This document shows positions 1 through 16,695 of a stretch of DNA of 64,000 nucleotides, in pieces. Source of the stretch: Schizochytrium sp. TIO01 (taxonomy: Eukaryota; Protista; Bigyra: Labyrinthulomycetes); contig SMSO01000035.1 in assembly GCA_004764695.1 (NCBI GenBank), positions 62,001 through 126,000 on the forward strand, written 5' to 3'. The translations under genes and the position numbers were made by a program. Numbering within the stretch: position 1 is the stretch's first letter; each line of letters starts with the position of its first letter. The notes beneath the pieces were generated by a model. The model ran no database searches and had not been told where the DNA came from. It worked only from the letters and a program-made list of their open reading frames with translations.

Positions 1-1597
1 AAAGTCATGTTGCACTATATAACGCCACGGCTAATTAATACTACAATCCCTTTGCTTTCAGATTGAATGTGCATTAATTAAAACAATTACTTTCGTCGTA
101 AGATTGTGAAGCAGACTAGCATGTGGAGCCGTCCAAGCAATGGAGGTCCTCAAAGGAAAGGAGGAAGGAAGGCAATGCATCCACAGTAAGGCTCTGCTCT
201 TCCAGACAATTAATACGACGTGAGCCCACCTCATCAAACTATGGGGCGTCAGATGCCCACACTATGGGCCCCAGATGCACGGTGGATACAACGTCATACG
301 CAGCTCTTGCACCTTTGTCCCTCGATATAGGGCCTTAGAAAAGAGATTGCTTATTGAGTTCATCGAAAATGTAATCAGATCAGACCAGAATCAAAGCAAT
401 AATGCGCAGCAGACTTTGTTAGAGATATTACCATGATACTATTGACTGCTCGAGCTTTTGCGTGATCACATGTTTCTCTTAGCTTTTTCGTTGATTTGAA
501 AACAGTCTATATTAGGATATTTTTCCAGGATACAAAACTTCAGGTTTGATAACTACAGCTATTACATATTAGCTTCTGCGATGGAGCGCACAGAGTGAGT
601 CTGACAAAAGAACGAACTCTAGTGAGGTGGGCAGTGAGACCTAATGAAAAGTGTGAAAGGGAAAAGGATAGTATTGAGTTTATTGAGTTTCTAGACACAG
701 ACAAACTGAATACATAGATCTCGCATTGAAGGGTGGCGTTAATTTACATTTGGGTAAGACACCTGGATAGATATGGTTTTGGTACTGAATGAGGCCTGCA
801 ACATCATTTTCCTTCAACGCACAACAATGCACAACGACGCCATCCTTGTTGGAGAAGGGATTCACATTCTCATTATTGATCATTTTGCAACAGGTTATTA
901 GTTATTAAATCACATGTGTCATTAAATATTTTGTCTGGCAGTTATAGAAAAACAATGGTCAAGCTTCCCCATAGACGTTGCTTCAGAAGTTGTTGCATTT
1001 CCATAATTTATCGAGCCTTCTCAAACTTAGAAAGGTCGTCACGAGCAAACCATGTGCTTAAAAAAGCCGAAGCTTGAGTAATACTTTAATAAACACTAAC
1101 CAAAATTTTGGGTTCAGCGATTTGATAAACTTGAAAACGACTTCTAAACTTACCTTCACATCCACACTCTAGGATATGTATGAAGAGTTATGGACTTATA
1201 AGCATTATTTAACGTCAGGTTATATTTTATTCATACAATGACCCTCAATCATTGTTTCTAAATGCAAACATCGGGGATTTGAGCTTTACGGCAATTTTTC
1301 ACTTCACTTCTTGAAAATCACTGGTTGCTGCATGCGCGTTCACTAATTGTTTCTTGTTCTCCAACGTCTTTCAAAATGATGTCTATGACTCTTGCAGCGT
1401 TTAATTTATTCGCTTCTTAAATTGTCAATCTCAGTATTCAATGAATATGTATTCATTACCTACACGCTCTATATTATGATAATTAATACTTTCTAGCACA
1501 TTCATAATCCTACGAATCTATAAAATAGTAATATCCTTCACATAGTTCTACATACAAGCAACAAGGTTTAACAAAAACTAAAATATTTAAAACTTCT

Positions 1598-8064
<6,467 letters not shown>

Positions 8065-8539
8065 CGTGCAGTAAGGAAAGATCTAGACTTCAACCAGCGT
8101 GCGCGTGCGTGTACGTTCTTAGCGAAGCTCGTGGCACAGTCCCAGTCGTTGCAGAAGGTTTCGAACCTGCTGGACGTAAAGCTGCAAGTCATCGGGGTTG
8201 TGCACATGGTGTCTGACTTACTGAGTTACTATGGTTTCCCTTAAGAAGGAGATATGCTCTCGAAGTGAAAGGATATTTTACTAGTTTGAACCTAACCTTC
8301 CCTACTCAGCCTCCGGTTCTGCATGTGCTGACCTCCTTTCTTTCTCGCTCTTTCAAGTCCTACTATTACTATTTCCAAAAGCTTACTACTAGAATATCTT
8401 TAGCAGTGATATTGCTCCAGAAGTTCTAGCAATACTACCCCTTAGTACTACCTATTATGAACTAGATAGTCATAGAAGTAAGAAGTAAAACAACCAACCT
8501 AATACTGAGTATAAATAGAGTATGAACTAATCTTACAGC

Positions 8540-8657
8540 ACATTCGATCATACCACGCGGGTAACACCTCATCTCATTCGCACTGAGAAGTAAAGTCGCG
8601 TAGGGCCGGGTCAGTAGTATGATAGGGGACTGCATGCGAAGCCCCGGTGTTGAATGT
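8540..8657 (+). rRNA. 5S rRNA gene
   Basis: 118 nt, ACATTCGATCATACCAC...GGTGTTGAATGT, with complementary ends (helix I). Carries the 5S-like motifs CATACC, ATCTC...GAAGTAAAG, GGGCC-GGTCAGTA and GGGGAC...GCGAAG. Followed by an oligo-T run. Confidence 0.93.
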
Positions 8658-8680
8658 TTTTTTTCTTTTTTTTTTTTTTT
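8657..8680 (+). terminator. RNA polymerase III oligo-dT terminator of the 5S gene
   Basis: Long T tract directly after the 5S 3' end. Confidence 0.85.
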
Positions 8681-8756
8681 CCACCCTCCTGTTTTTCTCA
8701 GTGATTTTGTTTCTCTTAGAATTTAAAACTATGATAAAATTTGCAAAACTTGCGTT

Positions 8757-10555
8757 TCATAGTAGGGCTAATAACCCGCGCCTCAAGGAAATGATTTCTT
8801 TTTTTAAAATCATGTCTTTGGATAAGTAGCATAAAAGGACACCTCTGGCGGCGTGGACATCACGGTCTGCTACGTGCTTGCACTTGGGATTAGGACATCG
8901 GAAAACCTTGGATGCACCGAGTTTGTGGTGTAGCTCTCTTGACAGAGAACAAGTTCGCACCATGGGAACGATTCAGCTTTATGGATGAGGGCTTGGCGGA
9001 AACCAAAGTGGCGCCAACGACACATCATTCGAACAGAGTTCTTGGAGATTCGTCGCTCCATCTTCTTGCTTATCTTGGAGGTTTCAAATCTAGGTAAGAG
9101 AATAACACGATAGTTTTCTCAAAGCGAAAGCGCGAGTTTACGGTGAAGCTCAGTGGTCTTGTTATTGATCTTGAGTCGGGCGCGATAGAAACCGCGCTTC
9201 AAAGGAGTGTTGAAATTGTCTTCCAGCAGGTGCAGTTTTCTTGTTTTCTTCGGCTTTATCAATCCTGCTCTGGATCTTATCAATGCGGCGACAGAGATAG
9301 AATATGGTTCTAAAATCTTTCCCTGTGCCCCATTCAATGAGTCGACCATTGGCGTCATACATCGTCTGAAACGAAGGTTCGCCTGGATCCAGGGCAATGA
9401 CACTGTGGTGGGCCTTGGGTGCCTGATCCATTGGGCGCGTCATTCCGTCACGTAAGAAGCAGAAGTAGACATGCCCGAGGATTCATTCGCACACGCATTG
9501 CATTCGAAACCTGATCAGGAAACTTTTCTTTGCGCGTATGGAATTTTTTCAAGAAATTAGCAGTTTTTGAGGTTTTGGTCTTCGAATTCCAGGTACGCGA
9601 ATTCACCTCGAAAATCTGAGATTCATCACGCTTGGTCCGAAACTTATAAAAAGATTGCTCGCTGACTTTCTTTTGAACGGATAGTTCTTCATTCTTGGCT
9701 TGACCTGAAGCACGCGCCTTGAGGAAATCCATAATCCCTGAATCACGCATCATTTGGGGGACATTGAGGAACCATTCAGGAGCATCAGTCTTCTCTTCTT
9801 GCCGAACGGCTTGTACTTTCCTAAAACACGGGAAGACTCCGTGTTTTAGGATTCCCATTCTCATCTAATACAATCTGTTTCGTTTTGCTATCCTTCACGA
9901 TGCATACTTCTTCATACAAGTTAAGAACTTCCTCTTCGCCCTTTGCTAAATCTCAAAGAAATGCGACGCCAGTATTGTAGGCTCTTCTAGTAATACCAAA
10001 CCATTTGATCAACTGGATGCGCTCACCTTTGATAGGGTATACATTAACCTTCCTAACACGGACAAGATTATACTCTTTCTTGGTGACTTGCACGCCTTCT
10101 GGCGAGCTCGCTTCTTCCTCGGTGCGTCGTCGCCATCTATTTTGCGCTGCTCGTTTTCCGTGATGCGATGCCACAAGGACGGTGATGACTCCGAGGTGGT
10201 CTTTCGTGAAGGTGTCTGAGTCCACGGTATGTGCATCTTGGCCGTGTGACATTTTTTCTTTCGAAGAGGTGTTCCAGGAGGTCGATTGCGATTTACGCAA
10301 GTCGGTCGCGGTGCATGACCACAACTTGGCCGATTCCTCCGCTGTCACATGCGTCCAGTAGGGAACACAGGCCTTGGCGTTTGAAGTTGACCCCGCTACC
10401 GATGTCCTTGTATATGGCAGAAACTTCTGGGTAGGCGCGCTGGCGTTCGAGGTCCTCCTTTTGCTTGGCCGAGAACACTCTGGCGTAGATAACGGTGCGT
10501 CCAGAGCTACGTTGCTCGCGGCTGGTGGAACTGCAATCAAAGATGCGCTCGACAT
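8757..10555 (-). pseudogene. Fanzor2/TnpB RNA-guided nuclease, frameshifted into several fragments
   Basis: Fragments occur in the expected order: KACVPYW...SAKLW; RKVNVYP...LIKWFGITRRAYN (TnpB N-terminal motif); PEWFLNVPQMMRD...KFRTKRD; VIALDPG (RuvC-I Asp); RLKINNKTTELHRKLA; WRHFGFRQALIHKA...CQESYT (Glu); FRCPNPKC..DRDVHAARGVL (half zinc finger and RuvC-III Asp). Several frameshifts are present, and the first CxxC of the zinc finger appears deleted. Confidence 0.88.
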
Positions 10556-10739
10556 CGTCGCTGGCGTAGATACGCTTGCATCCGGGGAAGCGCGAGTAGC
10601 TCACGCGTCCGCCATCGGCCCAGCCCCAGAGGGCGCTTGCTGAGACACCAAACTTCTGGTGAAAGAAGTTTCCTGGTTTGTATTGGAGGTTTGTTCCAGT
10701 TGCAGCATTTGGAGCTTGCTGGTTCTTTGGTCCCCCCAT
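10090..10739 (-). pseudogene. tnpA: IS607-type serine recombinase TnpA (MerR-like HTH plus resolvase domain), inactivated
   Basis: HTH-like FGVSASALWGWADGG, then IYARVFSAKQKEDLERQ, DIGSGVNFKRQGL and VVVMHRDRLA. The catalytic Ser of the YARVS motif reads Phe, and a premature TAA lies at 10295-10293. The C-terminal motif (DHLGVITVLVASHHGKRAAQNR) continues in another frame. Confidence 0.9.
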
Positions 10740-11801
10740 TTTCTTACCCAACTTGCACTTCTTAATACAGACATAATATATGAATTATATGAAACAAACA
10801 CTACGAAATGGAGGTTATTCTACCGTTTTCTTTTGTTTCTGCACACGATCACCAAGAAGAGTGATGAAGGAAAAGAATAGTTCGAATTAATATTCAGGAA
10901 TCAATGACGAAGTCTGGTGACAAAGTTTAGGCTTGGGCTTGTGCATGCTTTACTCAAGATGCTCAAGGGAGGTACATACCTTTGTATACACGGAGTTGTG
11001 ATACATCAACATTAACAGAGAAAGCAACTTTAAGAATGTAAATATTGCAGCATATTTGAACACCTTTATAATTCGCAAGAATAAAAAGGCGAAACAACAA
11101 AAAACGCTAACACTCAAAGAATGCGTTAACAAAGCAATGCTTCGGAATCTCCTTGTCTCTGAAGAATACCCCAATTAAACAAAAAACCTAGCTTGACGTA
11201 GTTAGGCTGACTGATGTGCTCATACAACACTACCAGTGGTTCATAATTTCATTTTGTTTATTTTAACTATGGCTCATCTGGAACATGGATCTCTGGTGAT
11301 AAGCAGAAAGCAGGAATTACTTGAGACGGGGTAAACTTTCTTGACTCGAAAGTAAAGCAGCTGTAGGCAAGAGGTTGCTCCTCCAGAACTACTTTGCATG
11401 CGTACTAACTTCTGTTTTACAAAAGCTGTCACATGTAAAAGGAAATTACTGAAATTAAAAATGCCAAGAGCATTGCACAATATGTCTTTTTTTAAAAGTT
11501 ACTACAGTACTATTGAAGAAATATACAGCTAACCTAACCTGACTCAAGTATCCTCTTTCTCTTGTTCCTGAGTTCGCTATCCTTGTCAGATTACCTCTGC
11601 ACGCTTCACAGCACAAGCTACTCTGTAAAAAGTGCAAGGAACAAGAAAGTTTCACGCACGGTTACTTTTTCATCATCTACCAAAAGTTTGATTTAGCTAA
11701 GTTCCAGCTTACCAAGAGAACTGAAAATGACACGCACAGTTCTTCTGCCTTATATAGAAGAGCAAAATAACTTGAGAATTTGCTACACAATATGCCGATC
11801 A

Positions 11802-14800
11802 TTACTTTTGTGGTTGATTAAGGTGAAGAAAGTGAACACTGCCAGCATCATCAGCAACGACGATTACATCTCCAAGACGGTGGCAAGTTATAATTTCTGC
11901 ATCCGTAGTGAAGCCAACAGCCATGGGAAGAGGAACGCGCCGTTCTTCAGCAAGCGAAGTAATGAGACAATGAAAACCGCTTTTAAGCTGCTTCAATCTT
12001 GGAAGCATCAAGCCTGTTTCTATATCCCAACCGATCACCTTTCCTGAAGTATCTCGCGTGAAGATTTGTTGATTTTCTGCAACAAGTAGTTCAGAAACAT
12101 CTTCATCTTCTGAATGTCCTAACATGGAATGCATTTGTTCCCCGGTGATTGTGTCCCAAACACACACGACACAGTCCCAAGCAACTGTGACAAGGCATTT
12201 ACCACCTGAGGCAAAACCCACGCAATAAATTTCTCCGTGGTTGTCTAGTAGCTGATAACGTTTCTGCCCCGTATGTAAGCTCCATACCCATACTGTACTA
12301 TCATCTGAACCTGAAGCGACAAGGTTTTGAGATAATTCAAGAGCAACGCATGTAATCGGTTTAGTATGGCCTTTGAGAGTCCTCACTTTATCTCCACTAG
12401 CAGCACACCAAATACATATTGTTTTGTCATACGAGCCTGAGACCACAATATCCGATTCAAAGTCAACACAAGTGACCTTCTTCCTATGACCCTTTAGACT
12501 TCGCAAAGTTTGACCAGATTTCGAATTCCACAAACGCAAACTCTTATCGTCAGATACGCTCGCAAGATCTGATGTGCTCGAAAATGAGAGGCCATTTACT
12601 TGATCACTGTGGCCTAACAACGTATGCAAAAGCGCTCCATTGCTTGCGTCCCAAATACATATTGAGCCGTCACAGGACGCCGTTGCCACAAGTGTTTTGA
12701 ATGTTGTTAAACATGTCACCTCTTTTGAGTGGGGGGGTACTGGTAAATTACTATTTTGCTTGCAGGATTGACGACTTACATCCCAGATACGAACTGTTGA
12801 GTCCCAGGAACCGGATACAACGTACTGATCGCTAATAGCTACGCATTGTACATATGATGCGTGTCCTTGAAGATGCACCAATTCATTGCCGGTAAATTGA
12901 TCCCACACTCGGATGGCTTGGTCATCCGAGCCAATCACAATGTACCGGTCGCTTATTGCCACTGTTGTGACATCATCATCAAAATCATCAAACTCATACA
13001 ATTGGATCTTGAAAGAGACGTCCCAAACAGTCACGGAACTACCACTTGCAGTAGCAGCATAGATACTGTTGTTTATAATGCAAACACTGTGCAATGAATC
13101 AATTACCCAATCTGATAGGTCTTGTAATTTGATTCGTTGTGATTGCAGTCCGGTCCGGGCATTCCAGATCCGCACCGTCAGGTCTTTTGATGCTGAGACA
13201 ACTTCGGTCCCGCGAATGGTAATGTCAACTATTGCGCGCTTATGCTTTCTGAAAACAAGGTGTTCACTCCCATCGATAGCATTCCAAACTCTCACTGTTT
13301 TGTCTTCAGACCCAGAAATAACAAATCCAGGCATGTGAGCTACGCAAGTTACCCCCTTTTCATGTCCTTGCAGAGTAAGTAAGGCTTTACCAGAACGAGC
13401 ATCCCATGTTCGAACAGAGTAGTCAAGTACGCTGCATTCAGTGTCTTCGCCTCTGCTACTCGTGGACTGGGTATCCGAAAGACTATCTTCATTGTCTGGT
13501 GTCCATGTGGTGCTGTCATTTAGACTCGATTGACTATGGGTCGAGCTTCTTTCATCCTCGCTACTTTCCAGCTCTTCATCTTGGCCTGCACCTGTGATAA
13601 CAAATATGTCTGTTAGAGTGATACATCTGACCGAACCACGATGCCCTTCCAAACTGTGTCGAAGCTCTCCTGTATCAAGATTCCATAAAGTTACAGTTCC
13701 ATCACCTGAACCACTTGCAATCATTGAACCCTCAATAGAAACTGCATTCACACCTTCGCTACCATTACGCAGAACGCGCAAAAGAGGGTCGCTTGCATGT
13801 GCTAAAGATCTGCGCAGCGGACGCATCCAGGTTTGTGTAGGGGTCACTGTATTAACTTTTGTTCTCAATGGGTTTTCTTCATTTGAGGTTGTACGCGCCA
13901 GAATTTGCGAAGCCAGTTCCTCTGGATTCCAGTGCAAGGCGCCTGTCGCTTTCATCAGCAGTTTTGGAGTGTCACTGAATTCTAAGAGACCCAGCTGTAA
14001 GCAGTCCTTTGTGAGAAGCCCAAGCCGCTGGTGCCGAGCGTCCAAGCTGTGCCCTTCCATGAGAATTGCTCCGAGCACCCAAGCAGGATTGTCTAGCTTT
14101 TGCACAGCCTTTTCTATGAGACCACCCTTTACGAGGTGATAGAGGGTGTGTTTGTGAGCAAAGTCGTTCTCATTTGAAGAGCAATATTCTCCCAGAGCAA
14201 CGTGACCTGCCTCTTTGCTGACATGTAGATGTCCTGAAGCCTCCTTGTTTGTTATCCACTTTGCCATAAGTTTATGGGGTAGAGAAAATTTACCATCAAC
14301 AGATGCACTGACGAAACTTTGTGCTGAAAGTAGTATGGTTTCAGGGTTCTCTTCAGTCTCTTTTAGAATATCAATGAGTAGCTCTTTACTGAGCGGCTCT
14401 CGAGAGGCGACAAGTAGGGTTAGTAGTGCATGGTAATTCCTATCACTGCCTATGGAAGTTAAAAGGCGTGAAAAGTGTTGCCGAAAAACCGGGCCGAGCC
14501 CTCCTGAAAATTGATCACCTTCTAGAATGTCCTCCAGCTTGAGCATTCTACCTTTCTGGTTACATGCAGCGCGCAGCGCATCAGGAAGAAAGGTAGTCCA
14601 GAGAAAAAGGCCTTCAGATCGACTTGCAAGAAGGTCTATACTTTGTCGTATATCCCCTGGTTCAATAACACCAGGGCTTTGTGAAAGTACATGATTGATA
14701 TGCAACTTGATATCCCTGATATTTTCATCGCTTTGCAAAGTCATGGCAACGACAGTAACACTTTGGAAGGATGCTAGCTCCATTTGGGGAATGTTGCGAG

Positions 14801-16409
14801 TGCTCACAACAATGCAAAGCCACGATGGCATCGATTGAACCCAATGCTGTAAAATAATGTCTCCAAGCAATATCTCAGCATCCAAACATTCATCGATAGC
14901 ATCTAATACAACTACTTGCTTCATCTGCCTGCTGGCCTTTTGTGCAGGGTTCAGAATCAAGGTCTCAAAGACATCGAGGATCGAGTACTTTTCAAATTCA
15001 GGCCGAAAGCATGGTTCTATGAAGTCTGCAAATTTTGGAATGGTTTTGCAAAGTTGCCAGGAAATACTGCACAATGCCTTTTTCGCTTCTCTAGCCACAT
15101 CGCTATCGTGACGGAAAAAGTGATATGCAGCAACGGGAATATGAATTAAGCCTGGGGGCTTTGTGACTTCATCAGCGGAGTTATTTAAATTGGAGTTACT
15201 GCGCAGCTCAAGGGCATCGCCTTGTTTGCATAGCTGTGCCATAACGACGCTCTTTCCAACCCCACCGTCACCTTGAAGAACGAACATTCTATCATTCGTT
15301 TTAAACCACGACGAAACACGATCCCATATCCAGCTTCTGGTACCATTAGTGTAAAAGTCCAACTTTGCCTTTGCCCACCGGCGAGAGTCAACTGGAGCAA
15401 GCGATGCCCAAATATCAAGCATACGAGGCGACCTTGCTTGGAGCGTAGCTGGACTAGATGTATTCTTTCGCTGCTCGATTGCTTCTATCAGCTTTCTGAT
15501 AGCAGTTTCATCAATATGAGAAATGTCAACTGGCGTTTGTTCTGCGAGAGCGAACTGGAATGCTCCACTCCAGTGCGTATGGGTTTGAAGCATCGAAACC
15601 TCAAGAGCTGCAACTACGGTTTTGTCGAACCGCTTGGCATTGCCGTATCGAAATTCACGAAGACAGTTATCACCCCGATATCCACTGTTAACCTTGTTCA
15701 TATACCTTTCAGTGGCAATAACAACGAAAACGTAGGAGTTGTCTATTCCATCAGCCATTGCAGCAGTGATGGGGCCATAAACTTCCTTTTCGTCGAACCA
15801 AACTTTAAGGCCTGACAACTTCGCAATGTGGTCCGCTAACTCGCGTACAATGGCGTGGGTTTTGTTTCCCTCACCCCACTCATGTGACAGAAAGACATCC
15901 CACCCTGGTGGTTTATTTGGGTTTGCCTTGCGCTCTATATCCTTCATCAAATAGCTTAGATTACTTTGAGCTAACTCCTCACTAGAAAAATCATAGTACA
16001 ATTCGCTGGCAAGAGCAGCACCGAGTACTCCTTTCATTTGATTTGGTTTAGCGAGCTCCTTGTCAAGGATCACGGGAAGTAGGTTGTTAGGAACTACTTC
16101 TGAGGCCCTCGTAAGCGCCTTGTTTTGTGTAGCGTGCTGTTCCAGAGAAAAGCTTACTAGTATCACTGCAATCCAAGGTTCTGCGATTACAGTGTCTACG
16201 TCCTCCTCTGATCCGTCAAGCAAGCGGAGGCGGCCATGAAAGAGGGGTTTAAGCAGACCATAGATCTCATCAGCGTCTGCACGATCAGCCCTGTCATGAA
16301 TGATTAGTACTGACACATCGTTCTTCCCCGTACCTTTTCGCTTTTCTTTACGCTGTAAACCTCCCAGGCTTGTAAACGTCGACCTAATCAGTTTTGAAAT
16401 GGAACTCAT
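11802..16409 (-). CDS. NLR-like STAND protein: tandem TIR-like domains, NACHT-type NTPase, WD40 repeats
   Basis: TIR_2-like segment WDVFLSHEWG...LKVWFDE...MADGIDNS...DNCLREF, preceded by a more diverged TIR-like segment. Walker A is GDGGVGKS and Walker B is VVVLDAIDE. There are many GH...SGSxDxTVRxWD repeats. The first in-frame ATG is at 16409; the ORF-track start at 16454 is GTG. Confidence 0.92.
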   Translation of the reverse strand: MSSISKLIRSTFTSLGGLQRKEKRKGTGKNDVSVLIIHDRADRADADEIYGLLKPLFHGRLRLLDGSEEDVDTVIAEPWIAVILVSFSLEQHATQNKALTRASEVVPNNLLPVILDKELAKPNQMKGVLGAALASELYYDFSSEELAQSNLSYLMKDIERKANPNKPPGWDVFLSHEWGEGNKTHAIVRELADHIAKLSGLKVWFDEKEVYGPITAAMADGIDNSYVFVVIATERYMNKVNSGYRGDNCLREFRYGNAKRFDKTVVAALEVSMLQTHTHWSGAFQFALAEQTPVDISHIDETAIRKLIEAIEQRKNTSSPATLQARSPRMLDIWASLAPVDSRRWAKAKLDFYTNGTRSWIWDRVSSWFKTNDRMFVLQGDGGVGKSVVMAQLCKQGDALELRSNSNLNNSADEVTKPPGLIHIPVAAYHFFRHDSDVAREAKKALCSISWQLCKTIPKFADFIEPCFRPEFEKYSILDVFETLILNPAQKASRQMKQVVVLDAIDECLDAEILLGDIILQHWVQSMPSWLCIVVSTRNIPQMELASFQSVTVVAMTLQSDENIRDIKLHINHVLSQSPGVIEPGDIRQSIDLLASRSEGLFLWTTFLPDALRAACNQKGRMLKLEDILEGDQFSGGLGPVFRQHFSRLLTSIGSDRNYHALLTLLVASREPLSKELLIDILKETEENPETILLSAQSFVSASVDGKFSLPHKLMAKWITNKEASGHLHVSKEAGHVALGEYCSSNENDFAHKHTLYHLVKGGLIEKAVQKLDNPAWVLGAILMEGHSLDARHQRLGLLTKDCLQLGLLEFSDTPKLLMKATGALHWNPEELASQILARTTSNEENPLRTKVNTVTPTQTWMRPLRRSLAHASDPLLRVLRNGSEGVNAVSIEGSMIASGSGDGTVTLWNLDTGELRHSLEGHRGSVRCITLTDIFVITGAGQDEELESSEDERSSTHSQSSLNDSTTWTPDNEDSLSDTQSTSSRGEDTECSVLDYSVRTWDARSGKALLTLQGHEKGVTCVAHMPGFVISGSEDKTVRVWNAIDGSEHLVFRKHKRAIVDITIRGTEVVSASKDLTVRIWNARTGLQSQRIKLQDLSDWVIDSLHSVCIINNSIYAATASGSSVTVWDVSFKIQLYEFDDFDDDVTTVAISDRYIVIGSDDQAIRVWDQFTGNELVHLQGHASYVQCVAISDQYVVSGSWDSTVRIWDVSRQSCKQNSNLPVPPHSKEVTCLTTFKTLVATASCDGSICIWDASNGALLHTLLGHSDQVNGLSFSSTSDLASVSDDKSLRLWNSKSGQTLRSLKGHRKKVTCVDFESDIVVSGSYDKTICIWCAASGDKVRTLKGHTKPITCVALELSQNLVASGSDDSTVWVWSLHTGQKRYQLLDNHGEIYCVGFASGGKCLVTVAWDCVVCVWDTITGEQMHSMLGHSEDEDVSELLVAENQQIFTRDTSGKVIGWDIETGLMLPRLKQLKSGFHCLITSLAEERRVPLPMAVGFTTDAEIITCHRLGDVIVVADDAGSVHFLHLNQPQK

Positions 16410-16578
16410 ACTCTGCAGAGAAGGTCTGCGTGATCGCGCTTTGGCTGCGGCCACTTGCCATGCCTCTTTGTCAAGTTAACTCTGTCTGTGCTCCCTAGTT
16501 TAAAAGAAAATGTGTTGAATATTAGGCAGTGTTTGTGTAAGCTTATACTTTATATTTTAATTGGATCCGCATCGTTGC

Positions 16579-16695
16579 ACTTTCGATCAAAACACGCTGG
16601 TAACACCTCATTCCAATCGCATCGATAAGCGACGTCGCGCAGGGCTGGGTCAGTAGGATCTAGGGAACTGCATGCCAAGCCCCCATGTCGAATGT
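16579..16695 (+). pseudogene. Diverged 5S rRNA copy (probable pseudogene)
   Basis: Aligns end to end with 8540-8657 (TTCGATCA..CACGC.GGTAACACCTCAT, GTCGCG.AGGGC.GGGTCAGTAG, ACTGCATGC.AAGCCCC, GAATGT). It has many substitutions and is followed by an A run instead of a T terminator. Confidence 0.85.

Larger units (their letters stand above)
8681..10800 (-). mobile_element. Degenerate IS607-family element (serine recombinase TnpA plus Fanzor2/TnpB); ends approximate
   Basis: tnpA-like and tnpB/Fanzor-like reading frames are adjacent and overlap on the minus strand in IS607 order. The ends cannot be fixed without an empty allele. Confidence 0.88.

Noticed and set aside
1-1500. Short ORFs at the window start
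   Set aside because: They are short, have no recognisable motifs and give no consistent exon structure.
8757-10751. Active Fanzor/IS607 system
   Set aside because: Multiple frameshifts, a premature stop, loss of the TnpA catalytic Ser and a truncated zinc finger are too many lesions for sequencing error alone.
11900-13800. HET-E-like near-identical, concertedly evolving WD40 repeats
   Set aside because: The WD40 repeats are clearly divergent from each other at the protein level.
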